Counted from the first letter of the stretch, positions 28,853-39,067 are shown. The stretch: DNA of 64,000 nt from Acidimicrobiales bacterium (GCA_036262515.1 DATAIT010000055.1:1532-65531), one strand, 5' to 3'. The notes: a model not told the origin generated them from the letters alone. A program made the numbers and translations.

Positions 28853-29983
28853 TCACGCCACCAGCTCGGCGTACAGCTTGGTCCGCCGGGTGACGAATGC
28901 GCTCTGCGCGTACCTGTCGCAGAAGAGGCTGCGGCAGTGCGCTCGCAGCGCATCGAAGCCCCGGTGCCCCTCCTCCAGGGACGACGCCAGGGAGCCCCAC
29001 GACGCCACGAGGCCGGTGCCGTCGCGCTCGACGGAATCGGCGACGACGTTCGGCCGGAAGGCGACGACGGGCAGACCGGCGGCCAGTGCCTCGAGGTACA
29101 CGAGCGAGATCGTCTCGTACCACAGGCTCGGCATCACCAAGCCGAACGACTCCCGCATGGCCATGAGCACTTCCGGCCTCGACAGGCGCCCGGCGAAGCG
29201 GATGTCCTTTCCCTTGGCCGCCTGCTCCAGCGACGAGCGCATCGGCCCGTCGCCGACGACGAGCAGCGGGACCGACGCCGGCCACTCGTCGACCAGCGGG
29301 GCGATGCCCTTCTCCTCGGTCAGGCGGCCGACGAACACCCACCGCTCGTCTCTGTCCGTGCCGTACCCCGGATCGTGGCTGTCTGGCACGAAGTGCCAGT
29401 CGCGGTGCAGCTTCGACTCAGGGACCCCGGCCTCGGCAAAGACGGACCGGGCTCGTTCCGACAAGACCAGGACCCGGCGGGCCGCCACCACCAGAGGATC
29501 GCTGGCGGCACCCTTTCGCCCGGCCCACGCCAACGGCAACGTGGCCAGCCGCGAGCCCCGATAGCACCCATGACGAACCCCGGACCAGCGCCGCCCGCTC
29601 GGGCACAACGTGCAAACGTCTCCCGCTCGGTACAGGTACCCGTTGGCGCACAGCGGTCGGTAGCTGTGCATGGTGGCGACCACCGGTTGCTCCACGTTCT
29701 GCAACCACCGGTGGCCGAGGTAGGGAAAGAGGTTGTGGACGTGGATGACGTCGGGCTCGAAGCTGTCGAGCATGCGGATGGGTGAGATCCCGAAACCCGT
29801 CGCGATCGTCGAGATCGCCCTCAGGCGGTGCAGAGGACGCGCGTTCTGTTCGTCGTTGGTGACCGCCACCACCCGGACGTCGACGCCGGCCTCTCGGAGA
29901 GCTGCCGCCTCCGCGTCGACAACCTCGTTCTCGCCGCTGGGCGAGTCGCTGCTGTGGAAGTCGTGGACGAGCGCGACCCTCAT
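28853..29983 (-). CDS. GT4-family glycosyltransferase
   Basis: MRVALVHDFHSSDSPSGENEVV..., with 'WVFVGRLTEEKGI' and the E-x7-E-like region 'PSLWYETISLVYLEALAAGLPVVA'. Confidence 0.8.
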   Translation of the reverse strand: MRVALVHDFHSSDSPSGENEVVDAEAAALREAGVDVRVVAVTNDEQNARPLHRLRAISTIATGFGISPIRMLDSFEPDVIHVHNLFPYLGHRWLQNVEQPVVATMHSYRPLCANGYLYRAGDVCTLCPSGRRWSGVRHGCYRGSRLATLPLAWAGRKGAASDPLVVAARRVLVLSERARSVFAEAGVPESKLHRDWHFVPDSHDPGYGTDRDERWVFVGRLTEEKGIAPLVDEWPASVPLLVVGDGPMRSSLEQAAKGKDIRFAGRLSRPEVLMAMRESFGLVMPSLWYETISLVYLEALAAGLPVVAFRPNVVADSVERDGTGLVASWGSLASSLEEGHRGFDALRAHCRSLFCDRYAQSAFVTRRTKLYAELVA

Positions 29984-30052
29984 CGATCACTCTCGGAGCA
30001 CGCGCGGATCGAAGTGACGCTCCGGAGAACCGCGGGCATTGCGGAGGTTCCC

Positions 30053-31480
30053 CTAAGCCCCGGCACGGGCCAGCGACTGGTCGACGAGGAAGACCGCGTC
30101 GTTGCCGGGGACCGTCACGCGCGACCCCGCCGCCACCTGCCCGACGACCTTGCCGTCCTGCACTCGTTCCCAGGCCTTGTGGACGACGACCGAGCCGGGT
30201 TCCGCCCCGAGGTTCACGTACACGACGCCGTGCTCGAAGTCCCGATGGTCGATGCTGCCCTCCGTGCTGGCTCGGCCGGCGGGGTTGCCGAGGTTCACGT
30301 CGACGTCGGGATGGCGATCCTCCAGCTGTCTGGTGGTGTAGTCCGGCCCGCTCTGGTAGTACGAGAATCCCGGGCGCCATGCCATCAGGAATGCGCCCAG
30401 GCAGAAGCGCTCCAGGCGGTTCGGGTCGTCGGCATCCCGGATGTTGACTCGCATGAAGAACCGGTCCGGCGAGTCGCTGCTCAACAGCGAGAGATCCTCC
30501 TGGACGTAGTTCAGGCTGGCTCGGACGGTCACGCAGAAGCGCTCGTCGAACGTCCCGTCCGCCACCTCCAGCAGCTTGGTGTTGCGATCCGGGCCCTTGA
30601 GATGGAAGTTCGGGGCGATGCCGTTGTAGTAGACGGTCCGTTGCGGTCCGACCAGGCGCTTGGCCGCGGCGAGGAGCTCGCGCATCCCGTCGTTGTACGC
30701 TGCGACCCGATCGGGCCCAAGGAGCCCCTCCCACTCCGCCTGGTTCTCCTGGTCGCCTTGGCCGAGGGGCACGGCGGCGTCGAATGCGACGCCCGCGTAC
30801 GGCGCGGCTCGCAACCACGTGTCCAGGACACCGATGGCCCAGGAGCGGTACGCGGGATTGGCCAGGTCGAGATAGGTGGCGACCTGCACCTCCTTTCCCT
30901 CACGGTTCTTCAGCTTCGGGACCAGCTGGCCGTCCTTGTCCCGCAGGAACCAGGCAGGATCCGGCTCGACACCCCACTTGTTGTTGTCGAACCAGTACTT
31001 GGTGGAGAAGTACGGGAAGACACGAATGTCCGGGCGGAGAGCGACGAGGCGCCGTGCCGCCTCGTGGTGCTTGGTGATGTCGAACCGAGCATGGAACTTG
31101 GCGATGACCACCACGTCGTAATCCTTGACGATCGATGCGTAATCCGCCTCGGAGAACTGTGGCTCCTCCGTCTCACCGATCCAGATGAACGAGCGCCCGG
31201 GCTGCGGAGCGTAGGGTCCTGCGGCGGTCGGCCGGGCGCTGGGCGACGAGGGCTGTCCCGGCGCGTTGGACGTCGGGCCGGACGGGATCGTCGTCGCCTC
31301 CGACACCCGGCTCGTCGTCGACGTGCTCGTGGCCGATCGGTCCTTCTCGTCACGGGAGAGCGTGGTCGCGAGCACGATGGTGGCGAGCACGGCCGCTCCG
31401 ACACCCCAGGCGACGAGCTTCGTCCGCCGGCTCTTCGCGCCCGGCGGTCGCCCGGGCTCCTGGCGCGGCTCTGGGTTCAC
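30053..31480 (-). CDS. Membrane-anchored extracytoplasmic protein, possible glycoside-hydrolase-like (GHL-type TIM barrel) enzyme
   Basis: 475 aa with an N-terminal TM ('LVAWGVGAAVLATIVLATTL'), a Ser/Thr/Pro linker, then a globular domain ('VVVIAKFHARFD...', 'YLDLANPAYRSW', 'GVAFDAA'). The family assignment is tentative. Confidence 0.35.
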   Translation of the reverse strand: MNPEPRQEPGRPPGAKSRRTKLVAWGVGAAVLATIVLATTLSRDEKDRSATSTSTTSRVSEATTIPSGPTSNAPGQPSSPSARPTAAGPYAPQPGRSFIWIGETEEPQFSEADYASIVKDYDVVVIAKFHARFDITKHHEAARRLVALRPDIRVFPYFSTKYWFDNNKWGVEPDPAWFLRDKDGQLVPKLKNREGKEVQVATYLDLANPAYRSWAIGVLDTWLRAAPYAGVAFDAAVPLGQGDQENQAEWEGLLGPDRVAAYNDGMRELLAAAKRLVGPQRTVYYNGIAPNFHLKGPDRNTKLLEVADGTFDERFCVTVRASLNYVQEDLSLLSSDSPDRFFMRVNIRDADDPNRLERFCLGAFLMAWRPGFSYYQSGPDYTTRQLEDRHPDVDVNLGNPAGRASTEGSIDHRDFEHGVVYVNLGAEPGSVVVHKAWERVQDGKVVGQVAAGSRVTVPGNDAVFLVDQSLARAGA

Positions 31481-31647
31481 TGTCGCAACTCCTGGGATCG
31501 GGTCTATCGAAGCCTGCCGATCCGTTCGGCCAGCGGTGGCAGCGCAGTCGAGGCTAGCGCGGCCGCGGTCGAATCAGACCGCGCCCAGCACCCCCCACGG
31601 GCTCCAATCGCCACCGCCGCGCCCACCGATGGAAGGCGCGCCCGAAG

Positions 31648-33993
31648 TCACCCCGTTGCCGCCAGGGTGTCGAAGTGCTGGTCTTTCCCCAGCGTGGTGC
31701 CGCCGGCGTTCGTGGCGACCAGCCGGTAGTGGTAGGTCGTCCCGGTACTGAGCCCGCTGATCGGCTCGGCCACCTGTAGGTCGCTGACCGTGGTGGCCAC
31801 GTCGTGCACCGGCGTGCTGGCGCCATAGGCAGTGGTCTTGCCCCATTCGAAGTGATACGTGGTCGCCGCGCCGTTCGGTGACAGCCGGGCACGGATCACG
31901 GCCGAATCCGTGTCGACCAGTTTCGGCCGGCTGGTGTCGACCCCCGGAGGCAGGAGCGGGATGGCCTCGATGCGGGTGGTCGACACCGTGCTGCGGCCTG
32001 ACGCGTCCGTGACCGTCAGCGTCGCCGCATACCTCCCGGTGGCCGGATACGTGTGGCGAGCAGTGGTCGCCGGAGGCGGACCGAGCCCACTGGTGGGCGC
32101 CGTCCCGTCCCCGGGGTCGAATGTCCAGGACGCGACAGGGGAGGCCACGCCGACGCTGGCCGAGCCGTCGAACTGCACGTCGAGCGGCGCCGCGCCGATC
32201 GTCGGGTACCCGGCCAGCCACGCCTTGGGCGAAGGGGCGGAGACGGTGATGGGGATCCGCTTCACGGCCGTGGCACCGGCGTCGTCCTTGACGCGGAGGC
32301 TCGCCGTGTACGCGCCGGGAGTCGTGTAGGTGTGCGTCGTCGACGACGGTGCCGGACCCACGCCGAGGGCATCCGGGGAGCCGTCCCCGAAGGTCAGACG
32401 CCACGCAACGATGCTGCCATCGGGGTCATAGCTGGCCGAGCCGTCGAAGCGAACCTCGAGCGGAGCGACCCCGGAGAAGCCGTTGGTCGATGCGGCGGCC
32501 GTGGTGGTGGCCTGGGTGGTGGCCGCGTCGGACGTCGGTGCCATGCCCGCCGGTTGGAGCCAGGCGCTCGTGGGCGACGTGGATGCGGGCCGCTCGGGGA
32601 GGATCATCGGCGGGCGGGGCGCCTGGGTGAAGTCGAACGCCTGCCGCAGGTCGCCCAGCTGCGGGGCAGCCTCACGTACCGTCGGACGGGGGTCCGGGCG
32701 ACCGTCGGTTGCGGGGTCGAGGCGCTCTCCGCCCAGGAAGCGGTCCTCGATGAACTTCGTATACGCATCGAAGCTCAACGTCTGGTGATCGACGTAGCCG
32801 TGCTTGGCGTAGGGGCTTATCACCATGGCCGGAACCCTGATCCCGTAGCCGTTCGCATCGACCTTGGGCGGCACGGCATGGTCGTAGAACCCACCCCAGT
32901 CGTCCCATGCCACGAAGATGGCCGTCGAGCTCCACTCCGGCGATTGCATGACGGAGTTGATGACGCTGGTCACCCACGCCTGGCCGTCCTGAGGCGTCGA
33001 CCCCGGCGGGTGCTCGCTGTTGAGGTTGTTCGGCATCACCCACGACACCGCCGGCAACGTACCGCCGGCCGCCGACGTGAGGAAGTTCTGGGCGCTTTGG
33101 ATGTTGCCGAGCTGCCCGCTCTGGCGAACGGTCTGGAACCCCGGCAGCGGGTTCCACAGGCTTGTGGTCGTGTTGCCCTGCGTGATCGGCGGGCACCAGG
33201 CCTCGGACGGATCCTGGCAGTCCGGTTCGCTCCCGTCGAAGACGTAATAGCCCCAGCTCACGCCGTGGCGCCGCAGGAGATGGGTGAGGTCGGTCCACCC
33301 GTAATACGGCCGGTCGCGCTTGATCTGCTCGGGCTCCCCCAGGGCGTTCTGGCAGGTGTCGGCGTTCTTGGGATCGGCGCACGCCGCCGACCACTCGGAG
33401 ACGAGGTAGAGGTGAACGGGGAGGCTGTAGGACGCCACCGAAGAGAACATCCGGTCATTGAGCACGAAGTTCTGGGCGTAGCTCCAGTAGTTCGGGATCT
33501 CTCGCGCATCGTGATAACCGATGACGTCAACCTTGCTGTTGAAGCAAGCCGGGAGGTGTGGATCGCAGACGTCGTCGCCCGTGTACCGCTCCAATTGGGA
33601 GACCAGGAAGCCGTCCATACGCCCGCCATCGACGCTGATGTTGTGCGCCAGGTCGTTGTGCGGCCCCCCCAGGCTGGCGATGTCCGGGTCGTGGAACGGG
33701 CGGACGCAGCTCCCGACGGGGTTCGGGACGCATACCGTGGGAACGCCGTTGGAGTCGACCGGTATGCCGTCGGCACCGGGATAGGTGCCGAAGTAGTGGT
33801 CGAAGGACCGGTTCTCCTGCATGACCACCACGACGTGTTCGATCTTCTCGATGCCGTCGGTCGAACCGGCCGACAAAACGGCCACAGGAGGCGTATTCGT
33901 CGCCTGTGCGCGTACGGGCTGCGGAGCCACGAGAAGCGCGACGAGACCCACCAAACCTGCGATTTTCGAACCGCCCCGAACAGATCGCAGCAT
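31648..33993 (-). CDS. Secreted phosphoesterase-family protein (phospholipase C / AcpA-like) with C-terminal PKD/Ig-like repeats
   Basis: It has a signal peptide ('IAGLVGLVALLVAPQPVRAQA') and the hallmark 'IEHVVVVMQENRSFDHYFGTYPGADGIP'. The C-terminal repeats include 'GVAPLEVRFDGSASYDPDGSIVAWRLTFGDGS' and 'GAAPLDVQFDGSAS...WTFDPGDG'. Confidence 0.85.
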   Translation of the reverse strand: MLRSVRGGSKIAGLVGLVALLVAPQPVRAQATNTPPVAVLSAGSTDGIEKIEHVVVVMQENRSFDHYFGTYPGADGIPVDSNGVPTVCVPNPVGSCVRPFHDPDIASLGGPHNDLAHNISVDGGRMDGFLVSQLERYTGDDVCDPHLPACFNSKVDVIGYHDAREIPNYWSYAQNFVLNDRMFSSVASYSLPVHLYLVSEWSAACADPKNADTCQNALGEPEQIKRDRPYYGWTDLTHLLRRHGVSWGYYVFDGSEPDCQDPSEAWCPPITQGNTTTSLWNPLPGFQTVRQSGQLGNIQSAQNFLTSAAGGTLPAVSWVMPNNLNSEHPPGSTPQDGQAWVTSVINSVMQSPEWSSTAIFVAWDDWGGFYDHAVPPKVDANGYGIRVPAMVISPYAKHGYVDHQTLSFDAYTKFIEDRFLGGERLDPATDGRPDPRPTVREAAPQLGDLRQAFDFTQAPRPPMILPERPASTSPTSAWLQPAGMAPTSDAATTQATTTAAASTNGFSGVAPLEVRFDGSASYDPDGSIVAWRLTFGDGSPDALGVGPAPSSTTHTYTTPGAYTASLRVKDDAGATAVKRIPITVSAPSPKAWLAGYPTIGAAPLDVQFDGSASVGVASPVASWTFDPGDGTAPTSGLGPPPATTARHTYPATGRYAATLTVTDASGRSTVSTTRIEAIPLLPPGVDTSRPKLVDTDSAVIRARLSPNGAATTYHFEWGKTTAYGASTPVHDVATTVSDLQVAEPISGLSTGTTYHYRLVATNAGGTTLGKDQHFDTLAATG

Positions 33994-34086
33994 CCGACCA
34001 GGCCCCCCCGTGCCGAGACAACGACTTGCAACATATCACAATGGGTGACTTGTCTCGTTCAGCGGTCGTCATTACCCTCATTTCCG

Positions 34087-35097
34087 GTGCGGCATGCAAG
34101 ACGGTGGGCCCTTCCGGCGGCTGGTGCCGTCGCCGTTCTTCTCGTTCCGGCGGTCGTCGTCATGACGTCGAGGAGCGCTGGGCGAGATGCCGCGAGGGTG
34201 GGCGGCACCCCCATATCGAGCCGAGCGGTCGAGGGGGAGACGCAGGAGGTTCTCGCCAACGCCGCGTACCGCGCAGGTCTGGCCGCCCAGCGCCCCGACG
34301 TCTCCGGCGATGCTCGCGCCTTCACGGCGGCGATCACCCATCAGGTGCTGAACCGGTTGATCTACACGGGCGTCGTACATCAGGAGTTTCGACGCCGACA
34401 TCTGGTTCCCGACGAGGTCTCCAGATCCGAGGGGAGAGCCCGGCTGATCGAAGAGCTCGGTCACGACTTCTCCGGCGGGGACACCAGCGTGGAACGCGGC
34501 GAGCGGATCTTGCACGGATTCTCGCCGGCCTACCGCCGCGTGCTGATCCAACGACAGGTGGAGCAGCTCCTCGTGGAGAAGGCCGTCGCGAAGATCGAAG
34601 TGGACGACCAGGCGACCACTGGCTACTACGACACCCATCTCGACGAGTTCACGCAGGTGTGCGCGCGCCACGTGCTCCTCGACACGGAGGCCGAGGCGGC
34701 CGCGGTCAGGCGGGACCTCCAGACCGGCGCAGACTTCCCCGCCGTGGCACAGCTGCGATCGAGGGATGCGCAAACAGCCGACCAAGGCGGCGACGTCGGC
34801 TGCTCGTCCCCCAGCACCTATCCTGCGCCTTTCGCCGAGGCTCTGCGAACGCAGCCCGTCGGCGACGTCGGTGCGCCGGTGTCGACGTCGCTCGGCTGGC
34901 ATGTCATACAGGTGCTCAGCCGTCAGGTCACGCCGCTCGCGACGGCGCGTTCCGAGATCGTGACCCGATTGTCCGACGCACGTCGCCGAGCCTTCGAGGC
35001 TTGGCTCGAGCAGGCGGTGCGGAAGACCGACGTCGATGTGGACGGGCGGTTCGGCACCTTCGACCTCACCCGACCCGTCCCCCAGGTGGTGCCCTGA
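34087..35097 (+). CDS. Membrane-anchored parvulin-type peptidyl-prolyl isomerase (SurA/PrsA-like)
   Basis: This is the last 336 aa of ORF 32053-35097, from the GTG at 34087. It has an N-terminal TM, 'ARHVLLDTEAEAAAVRRDLQTGADFPAVAQLRS' and 'GWHVIQV'. Confidence 0.75.
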   Translation: MRHARRWALPAAGAVAVLLVPAVVVMTSRSAGRDAARVGGTPISSRAVEGETQEVLANAAYRAGLAAQRPDVSGDARAFTAAITHQVLNRLIYTGVVHQEFRRRHLVPDEVSRSEGRARLIEELGHDFSGGDTSVERGERILHGFSPAYRRVLIQRQVEQLLVEKAVAKIEVDDQATTGYYDTHLDEFTQVCARHVLLDTEAEAAAVRRDLQTGADFPAVAQLRSRDAQTADQGGDVGCSSPSTYPAPFAEALRTQPVGDVGAPVSTSLGWHVIQVLSRQVTPLATARSEIVTRLSDARRRAFEAWLEQAVRKTDVDVDGRFGTFDLTRPVPQVVP

Positions 35098-35127
35098 GGC
35101 CACCGGCCACTCGCGCGGCCGCCGGGG

Positions 35128-36555
35128 TCAGGCCTGGCTCTTGGACGCGGACGCTTCGCTCCGGAGAGATAGCGGCCGGAGCGAAGGTGCGGCATCCGGA
35201 CGGGCCGCGCGGCGTGCCGCCGTCTGGGCGGCGAGCTCGCGCTTGTTGGCGGAGATCGTGCCGACGAAGACGCCGATGGCCGTCCACTCGATCATGTGCG
35301 CCTGGTTTCCTGACGTCACCGCCCGCACGATCGGAATGATCCCGACACCGAGGAGCCAGAGCTGACTCACGGGCAACACCCACCCGGGCGCTCCCCTGAG
35401 ATACCGCCACGCCTCCTTCAGCCAGAGCCGCACGAGCGACGCGAAGAGCACCAACGCGCAGATCGAGGCCAGCAGCCCGCCCGCCAGCCAGGCATCGAGG
35501 ATGAGATTGTGGGGCGATTTGCTGACGTTGTCCTTGTCGGCTCCGAACAGGATCGCCGCCTGGAACTCGTCGACTTGGGAGCTGGCCTCGATACGGCCCG
35601 AGTACGAGCCGGTGCTCGAGAACCGCTCGGAGAGCAGGCCACCGACCGGCGACACCGCAACCAGCACCACCATCGCCGCAGCCACGCCGAGGACGGCCAT
35701 GTTCCTCGGCGCGGACCGGAACCGGACGAAGGCACGCAGTGGGAACAGGATCAGCGTGCCGACGAGGCACAGCGTGACCGATCGACTGAGGGAGAGAACG
35801 ACAACGGCCATCCCGATGATCGACGCTCCGACGAGGGCGCCTCGTGCTCCCCGACGGCGGGCCTGCACACCGGGCAGGTAGGCAAGCCCGACGAACACGC
35901 ACAGGAGCAGACCACCGAACACCTTGTGCCGGAGGTTGGCGCCCACGTCGGCGAAATCGGATTGGGACCGGAACGCGGACCGCAGCAGGTGGAAGCTGAC
36001 GATGTCCGGATCCCTCTTCTGTATGGCCTCGAGCAGCACCTTCGGCGCGTCGACACCGCTGCCGTACAGGGCCAGGGCGAGACCGCCGATGAGGACGGTG
36101 ACGCCGACGAGGCCCGACCATGCGAGGACGCGGGCCCGGGGTCTCGCCGCCAAGCGGTGGAACGCACCGGCGACGATCACCGACGTCCCGGCATAGAAGA
36201 GCTGCCGCATCAACTCCGCCGCGCCCCGGTACGGGTGGGCATGAACGAGACCGGTCGACAAGGCCAGCCCCAGAAGGAGGATGTAGGCGCCGTAGATCGT
36301 CACGTAGCGGTGGATCGTCGGGAGGGCCAGATATCGCCACTGGGCCGCGCACAGGGCCATGAACACGAGGGCCGTGACGTGGAACGGCTTGACGAAACCG
36401 CCGGCCAGACCCGAAAGGGCGACCCACTCCAGGATCAACGACGCCGAGAACGCCATGAAGCTGAGGGTGACCAGCGCGTCCAGCGGCATGCCCGCGCCCC
36501 GTCGACCGCGCATCACCGACTCGGCGGACGGGGAGGCGTCGATGGTCATCGTCAT
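35128..36555 (-). CDS. O-antigen ligase/polymerase-family (Wzy_C-like) polytopic membrane protein
   Basis: 475 aa with ~10-12 TM helices and the family motif 'SPHNLILDAWLAGGLL' near the large loop. Confidence 0.7.
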   Translation of the reverse strand: MTMTIDASPSAESVMRGRRGAGMPLDALVTLSFMAFSASLILEWVALSGLAGGFVKPFHVTALVFMALCAAQWRYLALPTIHRYVTIYGAYILLLGLALSTGLVHAHPYRGAAELMRQLFYAGTSVIVAGAFHRLAARPRARVLAWSGLVGVTVLIGGLALALYGSGVDAPKVLLEAIQKRDPDIVSFHLLRSAFRSQSDFADVGANLRHKVFGGLLLCVFVGLAYLPGVQARRRGARGALVGASIIGMAVVVLSLSRSVTLCLVGTLILFPLRAFVRFRSAPRNMAVLGVAAAMVVLVAVSPVGGLLSERFSSTGSYSGRIEASSQVDEFQAAILFGADKDNVSKSPHNLILDAWLAGGLLASICALVLFASLVRLWLKEAWRYLRGAPGWVLPVSQLWLLGVGIIPIVRAVTSGNQAHMIEWTAIGVFVGTISANKRELAAQTAARRAARPDAAPSLRPLSLRSEASASKSQA

Positions 36556-36568
36556 GCCGACACCGATC

Positions 36569-37477
36569 TCATGGCAGCCCGAGGCCCGCCGCCCGGCTGG
36601 GCGGGCGTACGTCCTCGGCGCCGGCCTCGGGATAACCGAGCCAGCTGTTGGCGGGCATCACGTAGGGGGCGACGATCGCCCGCTCGTCGTCGGTCAAGGA
36701 GCTCTGCCTACGGGCGGAGTCCAGCCGGTAGTGCTCGCGAAACCCGTCGAGCACGGCGCCGGACGGCGCCAGGCCGCAGAACTCGAGCATCCCTGCCATG
36801 ACATCGGCGTCAAGGGTCTCGAGCTTCACCTCGAGGTACCGGTTCGGCGGAAGGTTTCGTCCGAAGGTCGACGTCTGGTCCACGCACGCCCGCCACTGCA
36901 TCGCCGCAGCCTCGAGCACGCCCAGCTCGTCGGCTGCCGCCTGGAGGCCGGCCAGGTGCGGCCCGTACAGCGGGACATGGGAGCTCCACCGGGCGTACGT
37001 CCGCCGGCCGAGCTCGGGGAGGTAGTACCGCAACTGCGAGAGGGAGACCTCACGAAGCCGGCGCTTCATTTTGCGCAGCTGCTTTGCGTCGAATCCGGTA
37101 CCCCGTCGAGCCCAGAACGTCCGCATCGACGGGACCGCTCCCCACCCGTTGCGCGTGATGTGCACGTAGCGGGCGTCCGGGAAGACAGCTTCCACGAACC
37201 GCGGCCGGACAGAGTTGGCGGGCGTCTTCTCGACGAGCCGCGTCGCCCCCTGGTCGCGCAGCAGCGCTGCGAACCGGCCATGGAGGTGGTCGGCGACCGA
37301 TGCCGTGGCGTGCTCGGGGCGCAGCTGGTCGGAACGCCGGTCGTTCCCATATCGCCACACCAGGCGCGGCTCGACGCTGGCTGCGACGTCGGCGTGACGA
37401 TCGAGCAGCGACTGGAGCAACGTCGTACCCGATCGAGGTGCACCGAGCAGGATGATCGGTTCGTGGACGCGGGCCAT
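36569..37477 (-). CDS. Sulfotransferase 4
   Basis: 'IILLGAPRSGTTLLQSLL' is the PAPS loop; 'YVHITRNG' is also present. Confidence 0.8.
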   Translation of the reverse strand: MARVHEPIILLGAPRSGTTLLQSLLDRHADVAASVEPRLVWRYGNDRRSDQLRPEHATASVADHLHGRFAALLRDQGATRLVEKTPANSVRPRFVEAVFPDARYVHITRNGWGAVPSMRTFWARRGTGFDAKQLRKMKRRLREVSLSQLRYYLPELGRRTYARWSSHVPLYGPHLAGLQAAADELGVLEAAAMQWRACVDQTSTFGRNLPPNRYLEVKLETLDADVMAGMLEFCGLAPSGAVLDGFREHYRLDSARRQSSLTDDERAIVAPYVMPANSWLGYPEAGAEDVRPPSRAAGLGLP

Positions 37478-37878
37478 CCCGCTCTAGTGCGCTCCGTGGC
37501 CGGCAAAGGGGAACGTGGCGCCCTCCCCCGAGCGGACCTGCCTGGCTGACCGACGACGCTCCTCGTGCTCGGCATCGACCACGTGGCGATGGTACCTCGC
37601 CGACCCGGGGCTCCAGCGGGCGGCTGCGGTGACGCACCGTCCCGACGTCCGGAGACCTGAACCGAACCTTGTCGACCAGCGACCCGCCGTGCGCTCACGG
37701 CCGAGCTGGGCGACCTCGACGTGCGGCCCACCCCGATTACTCTGACCCGCACGTGCGCGGTGCCCCGTTGCGGGGAGCAGGCCGCGGCCGCCAGGAAGGT
37801 GAGGAGATGGACGGAGACCGTGCGGGGCTGTGCTGCAGATCTCTCGGCGCCCACCGGAACTGACCCGGGGCGGACGCG

Positions 37879-39024
37879 ATGGACTTCGCCTGGAGTGATG
37901 AGCAGCTCGCCTTTCGCGAGGTCGTGATCCGGTTCGCGCAACGCGAGCTGGGCGACGACCTGGCCGATCGGGAACGGGACAGCTCCCTGTCCACGGAGGC
38001 GTGGCGGAAGTGCGCCGAGTTCGGCATCCAGGGTCTTCCCGTGCCCGCCGAGTACGGCGGTGGCGGCGCCGACACGTTGACCGTGATCCTCGCCATGGAG
38101 GCGCTGGGCTACGGGTGCAGCGACAACGGCCTGCTGTTCTCGCTCAACGCCCAGATGTGGGCGTGTCAGGATCCGATCATCCGGTTCGGTACTGACGAGC
38201 AGAAGCACCGGTACCTGCCCGGTCTGTGCGACGGATCCTTGATAGCGGCGCACGGGATGACCGAGCCAGAATCCGGATCGGACGCGTTCTCACTCCGGAC
38301 GACCGCGGTCGCGACGGATGACCACTACACGCTCAACGGCTCCAAGATCTTCGTGACCAACGGCCCTGTCGCCGATCTGTTCGTCGTCTTCGCCACGACC
38401 GACAGGAGTCGTGGCTTCGCCGGCCTGTGCGGTTTCCTCGTCGAGAAGGACACGCCGGGGTTCACCCTGGGAACGCCGCTGCACAAGATGGGACTGCGGA
38501 CCTCGCCGATGTGCGAGCTGTTCTTCGACGACTGCGTCGTTCCCGCCGGAAATCTCCTGGGCAAGCGGGGCGGCGGGATGGCCGTCTTCAGCGCGTCGAT
38601 GAAGCGAGAGCGCAGCCTCATCCTGGCCAGCACGATCGGCTCCATGGAGCGGAACGTCGAGCGCTGCATCGAGTACGCCCGCGGGCGAAAGCAGTTCGGT
38701 ACGTCGATCGCCGCGTTCCAAGCCGTCTCCCACCGCATCGTCGACATGAAGCTGCGTCTCGAGACGGCGCGCCTGCTGCTCTACCGGCTCGGCTGGCTGA
38801 TGGACCAGAACAGGCCGACCGATCTCGAGTCGGCCATGGCCAAGGTGCACCTGAGCGAGTCCTTCGTGCAGTCCAGCCTCGATGCGTTGCAGATCCACGG
38901 TGGCTACGGCTACATGACCGAGTACGGCCTGGAGCGTGACGTCCGGGATGCCATCGGGAGCCGAATCTATTCTGGGACGTCGGAGATCCAGAAGAACATC
39001 GTGGCCCGGGCGATGGGCCTGTGA
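37879..39024 (+). CDS. Acyl-CoA dehydrogenase-family flavoprotein
   Basis: MDFAWSDEQLAFREVVIRFAQ..., 'AHGMTEPESGSDAFSL', 'GSKIFVTNG', 'QIHGGYGYMTEYGLERDVRDA...IYSGTSEIQKNIVA'. Confidence 0.9.
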   Translation: MDFAWSDEQLAFREVVIRFAQRELGDDLADRERDSSLSTEAWRKCAEFGIQGLPVPAEYGGGGADTLTVILAMEALGYGCSDNGLLFSLNAQMWACQDPIIRFGTDEQKHRYLPGLCDGSLIAAHGMTEPESGSDAFSLRTTAVATDDHYTLNGSKIFVTNGPVADLFVVFATTDRSRGFAGLCGFLVEKDTPGFTLGTPLHKMGLRTSPMCELFFDDCVVPAGNLLGKRGGGMAVFSASMKRERSLILASTIGSMERNVERCIEYARGRKQFGTSIAAFQAVSHRIVDMKLRLETARLLLYRLGWLMDQNRPTDLESAMAKVHLSESFVQSSLDALQIHGGYGYMTEYGLERDVRDAIGSRIYSGTSEIQKNIVARAMGL

Positions 39025-39067
39025 CGGTGCTGATCGTCGGCCCGAAGACGCAGGAAAGGACGTGGTC

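Noticed and set aside
32053-34086. N-terminal 678 aa of the 1014-aa plus-strand ORF 32053-35097
   Set aside because: This part is antisense to the phosphoesterase/PKD gene and is compositionally aberrant. Only the last 336 aa, from the GTG at 34087, look like a real protein (a parvulin PPIase with an N-terminal TM).
37861-37863. In-frame TGA between the uORF and the ACAD gene as a selenocysteine or read-through site
   Set aside because: The ACAD N-terminus (MDFAWSDEQL...) is a typical full-length family start. No SECIS-like hairpin follows the TGA, and the uORF peptide has no similarity to ACAD sequences.
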